Part shown: positions 54,198 to 61,407 of the stretch, piece after piece | How positions within the stretch are numbered: the stretch's first letter is position 1 | Layout: every line of letters begins with the position of its first letter | DNA from: an uncultured Eubacteriales bacterium | Lineage (GTDB): Bacteria; Bacillota; Clostridia; Oscillospirales; Oscillospiraceae | Assembly (NCBI GenBank): GCA_900552725.1 | Contig: USAT01000001.1 | Coordinates: 1 to 61,407, forward strand | Reading direction: 5' to 3' | DNA: 61,407 bases | Program-made: the position numbers and the translations under genes | Notes under the pieces: model-generated | What the model saw: only the letters and a program-made list of their open reading frames with translations | Database searches by the model: none | Told to the model about the DNA's origin: nothing

Positions 54198-56090
54198 ATG
54201 GTAGACATTTCTGTGAAGGACGTTGTCAAGTCCTTCGACCTGGAAAAGAAAATACTGGACGGCATCACCTTTCAGGTGGACACCGGCGAACGGGTGGGCC
54301 TGCTGGGCAAGAACGGCGCGGGCAAGACCACGCTGTTCCGCCTGCTGACCGGCAAACTGGAGCCGGACAGCGGCCAGATCGTCATCGCCGCCGGGCGGCG
54401 GATCGGGCTCATCTCCCAGATCCCCGTCTATCCCGCCGGATACACGGTGGAGGACGTGCTGGACTCCGCCTTCGAGCGGATGCAGGCCCTGAAGGCCGAA
54501 ATGGACGAGCTGACCGACCGGATGGCAAAGGGCGAGAGCGACAGCGCCATGCTGCGGCGGTACGATCACCTGACCGCCAGCTTCGAGGCGCTGGGCGGCT
54601 ACGACACCGCCACCGCCAAGAACAAGGTGGCCAACGGCCTGTCCATCGACGGCGACATGCGCCAGAAGCTCTTTGACCAGCTCTCCGGCGGCGAAAAGAC
54701 CCGCGTGAATCTGGGACGGCTGATCCTGGAGGACACGGACATTCTGCTGCTGGACGAGCCCACCAACCATCTGGACTTACAGGCCACGGAATGGCTGGAG
54801 GAGTATCTCCGCAAGTTCCGCGGCACGGTGGTGGCCATCAGCCATGACCGGTACTTCCTGGACCGCACCGTGTCCCGCGTCATCGAGGTGCTGGACGGCA
54901 AAGCGGAGTTTTACAGCGGCAATTACAGCTTCTACGCCGTGGAAAAGGAGCGCCGCTATCAGGAGCGGATGAAGCAGTATCTGAAGGAACAGGCCAAGAT
55001 CCAGCAACTGGAAAAGGCCGCCGAGCAGATGCACCTGTGGGCCTTCATGGGCAACGACGCCCTTCATAAGCGGGCCTTCAGCATGGAAAAGCGCATCGAG
55101 CGCATGTGCACCACCGCCAAACCCACCAAGGCCAAAAAGATGGACGCCCGGTTCGCCAGCCGGGAGTTTAAGGGCGACGAGGTGCTGCAGTTCCGGGGCG
55201 TGACGAAGTCCTTCGACGAAAGGACGCTGTTCTCCGATGTATACCTGCGGGTGGAGGGCGGCGAGCGCATCGCCCTCATCGGCGAGAACGGCACCGGCAA
55301 GACCACGCTCCTCAACATGCTGACGGGGCGTGAGAGCTGCGACGGCGGCTCCATTCGCTTAGGCCCGTCGGTGAAGTGGGCCTATCTGGAGCAGGTCATC
55401 CACTTTGACCACCCGGAGCGGAATCTGGTGGACACCATGCTGTACGCCAAGAAGAACATCACGCCCCAGAGCGCCCGGAACCGGCTGGCAGCCTATCAGT
55501 TCCAGGGGGAGGACGTGTTCAAATCCGTCAGCGTCCTGTCCGGCGGTGAGCTGAGCCGCCTCCGGCTGTGCATGCTGATGGACGAGGAGATCAACTTCCT
55601 GATCCTGGACGAGCCCACCAACCATCTGGACATCGCCAGCCGGGAGTGGATCGAGGAGGCGGTGGAGGCCTTTGACGGCACGCTGCTGTTCGTCAGCCAC
55701 GACCGCTATTTCATCAACCGCTTCGCCACCCGCATCTGGGAGCTGGCGGACGGCACCATCACCGACTATCCCATGGGCTTTGCCCAGTACCGCGCCATGA
55801 AGGCGGCGGAGCCGAAGCCAGAACCGGCGGCCCCGGTAAAGAAGGGCGACACCCGCCCGACCCGCGGCACTCGCAGCCAGCAGGCGGCCCGGCGGCAGCT
55901 CACCATTTGCGAGACCGGCATCGCCCGGCTGGAAAAGGAGCTGGCGGCGCTGGACGAGGCCATGGCCGCCAACGCCTGCGACGCGGGCAGGCTGAACGAA
56001 CTATTCACGCAGAAGCAGGAGACCGAGGCCCGGCTGGAACAGGAAATGGCCCGCTGGGAGGAGCTGTCCCTGGCATTGGAGGAATCTTGA
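54198..56090 (+). CDS. ABC-F family ribosome-associated ATPase
   Basis: Two NBDs with LSGGE/LDEPTNHLD/SHDRYF; no TM; C-terminal coiled coil. Confidence 0.92.
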   Translation: MVDISVKDVVKSFDLEKKILDGITFQVDTGERVGLLGKNGAGKTTLFRLLTGKLEPDSGQIVIAAGRRIGLISQIPVYPAGYTVEDVLDSAFERMQALKAEMDELTDRMAKGESDSAMLRRYDHLTASFEALGGYDTATAKNKVANGLSIDGDMRQKLFDQLSGGEKTRVNLGRLILEDTDILLLDEPTNHLDLQATEWLEEYLRKFRGTVVAISHDRYFLDRTVSRVIEVLDGKAEFYSGNYSFYAVEKERRYQERMKQYLKEQAKIQQLEKAAEQMHLWAFMGNDALHKRAFSMEKRIERMCTTAKPTKAKKMDARFASREFKGDEVLQFRGVTKSFDERTLFSDVYLRVEGGERIALIGENGTGKTTLLNMLTGRESCDGGSIRLGPSVKWAYLEQVIHFDHPERNLVDTMLYAKKNITPQSARNRLAAYQFQGEDVFKSVSVLSGGELSRLRLCMLMDEEINFLILDEPTNHLDIASREWIEEAVEAFDGTLLFVSHDRYFINRFATRIWELADGTITDYPMGFAQYRAMKAAEPKPEPAAPVKKGDTRPTRGTRSQQAARRQLTICETGIARLEKELAALDEAMAANACDAGRLNELFTQKQETEARLEQEMARWEELSLALEES

Positions 56091-56092
56091 CT

Positions 56093-56590
56093 ATGAGCGA
56101 CGTACTGTGTATCTATTACTCATTCAGCGGCAACACCCGCCGCGCCATGAAGGAGATCGCCGACGCGGTGGGCGCGGAGATCGTGGCCATCGACGACGGC
56201 GCCGACCGCAACGGCTGGCGGGGACGGCTGCACGCGGGAATGGACGCCATGCGCCGCACCACCGCGCCGCTGAAGCCCTTCACCACGGAGCGGAATATCG
56301 AGGACTATAAGCTGGTGATCGTGGGCACCCCCGTGTGGGGCGGCCGCTGCTCCAGCCCCATCCGCGGCCTTCTGAAGCGCCGCGGCCTGGAGATGTCCCG
56401 CGTGGCCTATGTGCTGACCCGCAGCAGTAACCGCCGCAGCGTCAGCGTCTATGACCAGATGGATCTCTATACCGCCGAAAAGCACATTCTGGAGGTCTCT
56501 CTCCAGCCCGGCAGCGTGGGCTATACCTTCTGGCGGGACAAGTTCATCTCCGACGTGCAGCAGTATCTGGAGAGCGGCCATGTTGGATAA
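56093..56590 (+). CDS. Flavodoxin-like protein
   Basis: YYSFSGNTR and GTPVWGG. Confidence 0.8.
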   Translation: MSDVLCIYYSFSGNTRRAMKEIADAVGAEIVAIDDGADRNGWRGRLHAGMDAMRRTTAPLKPFTTERNIEDYKLVIVGTPVWGGRCSSPIRGLLKRRGLEMSRVAYVLTRSSNRRSVSVYDQMDLYTAEKHILEVSLQPGSVGYTFWRDKFISDVQQYLESGHVG

Positions 56591-57647
56591 GCTGGAAAAG
56601 ATCGCCCAGCGTCTGGCCCAGGTGGAGCGCCAGCTCTCCGACCCGGCGGTGTACAGCGACCGGGCGGCCATGACGAAGCTGAGCCGCGAACAGAAGGAGC
56701 TGACGCCGGTGGTGGAGGCATACCGGGCCTACGCCCGGGCGGAGGCCGATATGGCCGCCGCCACGGAAATGCTGTCCGACCCCGAGCTGAAGGAGCTGGG
56801 CCAGGAGGAGCTGGCCGCCGCCAAGGCGGAGCGGGAGCGGCTGGAGGATGAATTGAAGCGCCTGCTGCTGCCCCGTGACCCCAACGACGACAAGGACGTG
56901 GTGCTGGAAATCCGGGCCGGCATCGGCGGCGAGGAGGGCGCGCTGTTTGCCGCCGACCTGCTGCGGATGTACTCCATGTATGCCGAGCGCCGGGGCTTCA
57001 CCCTGGACGTGGTGTCCCTCAACGAGACGGAGCTGGGTGGCGTCAAGGAGGCCGTGGCCACCGTGGAGGGGGCGGGCGCCTACTCCCGGCTGAAGTTCGA
57101 GGCGGGCACCCACCGGGTGCAGCGCGTGCCGGAGACCGAGTCCTCCGGCCGTATCCAGACCTCCGCCGCCACCGTGGCCGTCATGCCCGAGGCGGAGGAG
57201 GTGGAGTTCTCCATCGACCCCAAGGATCTGCAAATCGACACCTACCGCTCCAGCGGCGCAGGCGGCCAGCACGTCAACAAGACCGAGTCCGCCATCCGCA
57301 TCACCCACCTACCCACCGGCACGGTGGTGGAGTGCCAGGACGAGCGCAGCCAGCACAAGAACCGCGACCGGGCCATGAAGATCCTGCGCTCCCGCCTGTA
57401 CGAGGCGGAGCAGGAGCGGCAGAACGCCGCCATCGCCAAGGAGCGGAAGTCTCAGGTGGGCACCGGTGACCGCAGCGGCAAGATCCGCACCTATAATTTC
57501 CCCCAGAACCGGGTCACCGACCACCGGCTCACGGGTGACAGCAAGAATTTCAACATCGCCGCCATCATGAACGGCGATCTGGATCCCCTGATTGACGCAC
57601 TGACCCTGAATCAGCAAGCACAGCGCCTGCAGGAGGGCGCGGAATAA
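56580..57647 (+). CDS. prfA: Peptide chain release factor 1
   Basis: HRVQRVPETE (PxT), GAGGQHVN, IRTYNFPQ. Confidence 0.96.
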   Translation: MLDKLEKIAQRLAQVERQLSDPAVYSDRAAMTKLSREQKELTPVVEAYRAYARAEADMAAATEMLSDPELKELGQEELAAAKAERERLEDELKRLLLPRDPNDDKDVVLEIRAGIGGEEGALFAADLLRMYSMYAERRGFTLDVVSLNETELGGVKEAVATVEGAGAYSRLKFEAGTHRVQRVPETESSGRIQTSAATVAVMPEAEEVEFSIDPKDLQIDTYRSSGAGGQHVNKTESAIRITHLPTGTVVECQDERSQHKNRDRAMKILRSRLYEAEQERQNAAIAKERKSQVGTGDRSGKIRTYNFPQNRVTDHRLTGDSKNFNIAAIMNGDLDPLIDALTLNQQAQRLQEGAE

Positions 57648-57665
57648 AGAAAGGAGCACATCATC

Positions 57666-58304
57666 ATGTTAGCACCTATGAAAATGCACTATGACAAGTC
57701 CGGCCCCACCCTGGTCAAGGCTATGAAAAAGCGGCAGTTTGACGCCTACTATTGCTCCACCGCCGAGGAGGCCGTGGAAAAGGTGCTGGAGCTGATCCCC
57801 GCCGGCAACGTGGTGAGCTGGGGCGGCGTGGCCACCGTGGACGAGCTGGGCATCAAGGATCGCCTGCGCCAGCGCAATCAGCCTGTTATCGACCGCGACA
57901 CCGCCAAGACCCCCGACGAGCGCATGGACATGCTGCGCCAGGCTCTGACCTGCGACACCTTCCTCATGAGCAGCAACGCCATCTCCGAGGATGGCCAGCT
58001 GGTGAACATCGACGGCATGGGCAACCGTGTGGCCGCCCTGTGCTTCGGCCCCCGGCAGGTCATCGTGGTGGCCGGCATGAACAAGGTGGCCGGTGATCTC
58101 AATAGCGCCATGGCCCGCGCCCGCCACATCGCCGCCCCCGCCAACGTCCAGCGCTTCGATGTCAAGACCCCCTGCGCCGTCACCGGCCAGTGCGGCAACT
58201 GCACCAGCCCCGACTGCTGCTGCGCCCAGATCGTCACCACCCGGTTCTCCAAGATCCCCGGCCGCATCAAGGTGGTGCTGGTGGGCGAAACGCTGGGCCT
58301 TTAA
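57666..58304 (+). CDS. LUD domain (lactate utilization LutC/YkgG-like) protein
   Basis: SSNAISEDGQLVNIDG.GNRVAA, GMNK, Cys-rich C-terminus. Confidence 0.8.
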   Translation: MLAPMKMHYDKSGPTLVKAMKKRQFDAYYCSTAEEAVEKVLELIPAGNVVSWGGVATVDELGIKDRLRQRNQPVIDRDTAKTPDERMDMLRQALTCDTFLMSSNAISEDGQLVNIDGMGNRVAALCFGPRQVIVVAGMNKVAGDLNSAMARARHIAAPANVQRFDVKTPCAVTGQCGNCTSPDCCCAQIVTTRFSKIPGRIKVVLVGETLGL

Positions 58305-58310
58305 CTCTCT

Positions 58311-58432
58311 AAAAGAGGGGATAAATCCCCCCTTTTGATTCCCCCTCACCCAGTTGACCTCGGTCACTGGGTGTCGCCGCCCAAGGCGGCTGAGTCTTTG
58401 GATTTTTCTGACGCACATGTCGTCAGAAAAAT
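58311..58432. other. Structured intergenic element with four hairpins
   Basis: Stems at 58311-58336, 58347-58373, 58376-58390 and 58402-58432. Confidence 0.5.
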
Positions 58433-58477
58433 AAATTGAAATCACTCCTCTCGATTACGATGGAAAGAAGAATCACC

Positions 58478-60094
58478 TTGCAAACACAGATTTTCCACCC
58501 TGAAAAGGACAAAAACGCCATCGCCGAAGCCGCCGCCATATTGCGGCGGGGCGGCCTGCTGGGCATCCCCACCGAGACGGTGTACGGTCTCGGCGCCAAC
58601 GCGCTGGACGAGGACGCCGTGCTGCATATTTTCGAGGCAAAGGGCCGTCCCCAGGACAACCCGCTGATCCTCCATGTCCCCGGCGCCGACTGGCTGGAGC
58701 GGTACTGCCGGGATATCCCGCCGGTGGCCTATACCCTGGCGGAGCGGTTCTGGCCGGGGCCTCTTACCATGATCCTGCCCCGCCGGGACAACGTGCCCCT
58801 GCGCACCACCGGCGGCCTGGACACGGTGGGCGTCCGCTGCCCCGATCATCCCATGACCCTGGCCATCATTCGCGCGTCCGGCGTCCCCGTGGCCGCACCC
58901 AGCGGCAACACCTCGGGGCGGCCCAGCCCCACCACCGCCCAGCACATGCTGGAGGATATGGACGGCAAGATCGACGGTATCGTGGACGGCGGCCCCTGCG
59001 CCGTGGGCGTAGAGAGCACCATCATCGACCTGACGGTGACGCCGCCCCGTCTCCTCCGTCCCGGCGGGCTGCCGCTGGAAGCACTGGAGGACGTACTGGG
59101 CGAGGTGGCCGTGGATAAGGCGGTGCGGCAGAAGCTGGCGGACGGCGAAAAGGCCAAGGCCCCCGGCATGAAATACCGCCACTACGCCCCCAAGGCCCCG
59201 GTCACCGTCATTACCGGGACACCCGGCGCTTCCGCCGCGTACATCGCCGCCCATCTGACAGCGGGCAGCGGCGTCATCTGCTTTGATGAATACGCCCCGC
59301 TGTTTGAAGGACATATCATCCACCGTCTCGGCCCTGCCGCCGATAAGCTGGCCCAGGCCCGGCATGTATTCGACGCCCTGCGCACCTTCGACGATACGAA
59401 GGTGCCGGAGATCTTTGCCCAGTGCCCCGACGAGAGCGGCCTGGGTCTGGCCGTCAGCAACCGGCTGAAAAAGGCGGCGGGCTTTCATGTGATCGAAGCG
59501 CCCCGCCCGCTGGTGGTGGGCATCACCGGCCCCACCGGCGCAGGCAAGACCAGCGCCCTGCGGGCGCTGGAGCAGTTGGGCGGCTGCGTGCTGGACTGTG
59601 ACGCCATCTATCACGAGATGCTGCGCACCGACGGCGGCCTGCGCCGCGCCATCACCGCCGCCTTTGGCGATGTGTTCACCCCTGACGGCCAGCTTGACCG
59701 GCAGAAGCTGGGCACCCTGGTGTTCGGCGACGCGGCACAGCTGGACCGGCTCAACGCCATCATCTATGACCAGCTCCCCCGTGAGCTGGCGCGTCGGATG
59801 GCCCTCTCCCCCGCCCCCATCATGGGCATCGATGCCATCAATCTGGTGGAGTCCGGCCTCTCGCAGCTCTGCGACCGGACGCTGGCGGTCATCGCTCCGG
59901 CGGAGGATCGCGTCCGCCGCATCATGGCCCGCGACGGCATCACCGAGGAATACGCCCGGCTGCGGGTGGCCGCCCAGAAGGACGATGCTTTCTACCGCAC
60001 CCACTGCACCGACGTGCTGGTGAACACCGCCGCAGCGCCGGAGGCTTTTCAGGCCGAAGCACTGGCCTTTTTCCGGGAAATCGCCCGAAAATAG
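58478..60094 (+). CDS. Fusion of threonylcarbamoyl-AMP synthase (Sua5/TsaC2) and dephospho-CoA kinase (CoaE)
   Basis: PTETVYGL, KGRPQDNP, APSGN, PGMKYRHY, NRLKKAA, then GITGPTGAGKT, LDRQKLG..VF, RIMARDG in one frame; start TTG 58478 or ATG 58460. Confidence 0.85.
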   Translation: MQTQIFHPEKDKNAIAEAAAILRRGGLLGIPTETVYGLGANALDEDAVLHIFEAKGRPQDNPLILHVPGADWLERYCRDIPPVAYTLAERFWPGPLTMILPRRDNVPLRTTGGLDTVGVRCPDHPMTLAIIRASGVPVAAPSGNTSGRPSPTTAQHMLEDMDGKIDGIVDGGPCAVGVESTIIDLTVTPPRLLRPGGLPLEALEDVLGEVAVDKAVRQKLADGEKAKAPGMKYRHYAPKAPVTVITGTPGASAAYIAAHLTAGSGVICFDEYAPLFEGHIIHRLGPAADKLAQARHVFDALRTFDDTKVPEIFAQCPDESGLGLAVSNRLKKAAGFHVIEAPRPLVVGITGPTGAGKTSALRALEQLGGCVLDCDAIYHEMLRTDGGLRRAITAAFGDVFTPDGQLDRQKLGTLVFGDAAQLDRLNAIIYDQLPRELARRMALSPAPIMGIDAINLVESGLSQLCDRTLAVIAPAEDRVRRIMARDGITEEYARLRVAAQKDDAFYRTHCTDVLVNTAAAPEAFQAEALAFFREIARK

Positions 60095-60228
60095 CGGGTT
60101 TTCCCCCAAACGCAACCGCTGGTTGACAGATCTCCAAGCCCGCTTTCTGGTATGCAAACGCAAGATCAGGTATGCTATCCACAACAAAAGCGCCTCGGCG
60201 CGTATCAATTTTTCAGGAGGATCCCATT

Positions 60229-61227
60229 ATGATCTTAGCGGACAAAATCATGGCATTGCGGAAGAAGGCCGGCTGGTCCCAGGAGGAGCTGGCCGCCCGG
60301 CTGAACATCAGCCGCCAGTCGGTCTCCAAGTGGGAGGGCGCACAGTCCATCCCCGATATGGATAAGGTGGTGCAGATGAGCCGCCTGTTTGGTGTCACCA
60401 CCGACTTCCTGCTGAAGGACGAGCTGGAGATCGAGGAGCATACCCAGAGCGAACCCATGGACGAGCCGCCCCTGCGGCGGGTCACCATGGAGGAGGCCTC
60501 CGCCTATCTGGCGCTGCGCCGTGCCGCCGCGCCGAAGATGGCACTGGCCACCTTCCTGTGCATCATCTCCCCCGTGGCGCTGCTGATACTGGCCGCCATG
60601 AGCGAGGTGTCCCGCTTCGGCATCTCCGAAAATGCCGCGTCCGGCATCGGCCTGTGCGGGCTGCTGGTGCTGGTGGCCATCGGCGTGGCGCTGTTCCTCA
60701 CCTGCTCGGCCAGGGTACGGGACTTCGCCTTTCTGGAGGAAGAACCCTTCGAGACGGAGTACGGCGTCAGCGGCATGGTGAAGGAGCGCATGCAGGACTT
60801 CGCCAACACCTACTCCCGGCTGAATATCACCGGCACGGTGCTGTGCATCCTGTCGGCGGTGCCGCTATTCGTCTCCATGTGCATAGAGACCGCCGACGTC
60901 GTCTATGTGGCGGCGGTGTGCCTGCTGCTGATCATCGCCGGTATCGGCTGCGTGGCCTTCACCTATGGCGGCACCATCCACGCCTCCATGGAGCGGCTGC
61001 TGGAGGAGGGCGGCTATACCCGCCAGCAGAAATCCCGCCGCGGCGTCAAGGGCGCGATCAGCACCATCTACTGGCTGCTGGTGACGGCTATCTTCATGTG
61101 GTACACCTTCGGCCCCTCCGGCAACGGCCAGGCGCGGTACAGTTGGTTCATCTGGGCCATCGCCGGTGTGCTGTACGCCGCGGTGATGCTGGTGGTGAAC
61201 CTGATCCAGCGCTCCCGTGAGCATTGA
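60229..61227 (+). CDS. XRE-family HTH regulator with multi-pass membrane domain
   Basis: LRKK.GWSQEELA..LNISRQSVSKWE..P and about 6 TM segments. Confidence 0.85.
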   Translation: MILADKIMALRKKAGWSQEELAARLNISRQSVSKWEGAQSIPDMDKVVQMSRLFGVTTDFLLKDELEIEEHTQSEPMDEPPLRRVTMEEASAYLALRRAAAPKMALATFLCIISPVALLILAAMSEVSRFGISENAASGIGLCGLLVLVAIGVALFLTCSARVRDFAFLEEEPFETEYGVSGMVKERMQDFANTYSRLNITGTVLCILSAVPLFVSMCIETADVVYVAAVCLLLIIAGIGCVAFTYGGTIHASMERLLEEGGYTRQQKSRRGVKGAISTIYWLLVTAIFMWYTFGPSGNGQARYSWFIWAIAGVLYAAVMLVVNLIQRSREH

Positions 61228-61237
61228 CCCATCTTCT

Positions 61238-61276
61238 CATAAGGCGTCCGGCCCGACCGGACGCCTTATGCTTTTT
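61238..61276 (+). terminator. Intrinsic terminator
   Basis: CATAAGGCGTCCGG-CCCGA-CCGGACGCCTTATG-CTTTTT. Confidence 0.8.
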
Positions 61277-61307
61277 CAGAAAATCCGCCATTTTTTGAAA
61301 AAAGGTC

Positions 61308-61336
61308 TTGCAAAACGGAACGGAATCGGTTATAAT
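61308..61336 (+). promoter_or_regulatory. sigmaA promoter for the tRNA
   Basis: TTGCAA-N17-TATAAT. Confidence 0.7.
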
Positions 61337-61356
61337 ATTTCCGTTCTAAAAAATAT

Positions 61357-61407
61357 GCACCTTTAGCTCAGTTGGTAGAGCACCTGACTCTTAATCAGGG
61401 TGTCCAG
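61357..61407 (+). tRNA. tRNA-Lys(CTT), truncated by the window end
   Basis: GCACCTT acceptor 5' strand, TAGCTCAGTTGGTAGAGC D-arm, CCTGA-CTCTTAA-TCAGG anticodon arm. Confidence 0.92.

Noticed and set aside
54198..56090. ABC-F as an antibiotic resistance (ARE) gene
   Set aside because: Embedded in a housekeeping ddl-murF-prfA run with no leader or attenuator; subfamily cannot be assigned without an HMM search
1..61407. CRISPR array, integrase, transposase, prophage or defence genes
   Set aside because: No regularly spaced repeats and no recognisable motifs of these families seen

Overview
High-GC chromosomal segment from a Firmicute, probably Clostridia/Oscillospiraceae-like (inferred from the Spo0A-type, ECF and ymfFH genes and sigmaA-type promoters). 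In order it contains: a molybdenum hydroxylase cluster (xdhCBA, mocA and a single-chain Se-dependent xanthine dehydrogenase-type gene), LysR/EamA, a YtrA-type GntR-ABC operon and a Na/Pi cotransporter. An accessory block (about 16-33 kb) follows with several damaged genes: crcB with an amber stop, a frameshifted response regulator, an internally deleted AraC, a deletion-fused PAP2 chimera and LysR/MFS remnants. Inside that block sits an intact signalling module: a full-length Spo0A-like regulator divergent from LytTR RR-Hpt-solute-binding lipoprotein-hybrid kinase, with two perfect 0A boxes between them. This is the best candidate for an undescribed system. The rest holds a FadR-linked Fe-S flavoprotein-hypA-hypB operon, lgt/ymfHF, NiaR with an operator upstream of a PfoR/EIIC-like transporter, a cobalamin riboswitch-controlled ECF transporter, core genes (pgm, rlmH, murA, ddl, murF, ABC-F, prfA), a Sua5-CoaE fusion and a partial tRNA-Lys(CTT). 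I found no CRISPR array, integrase or transposase. All calls come from reading motifs by eye; no database searches were run.
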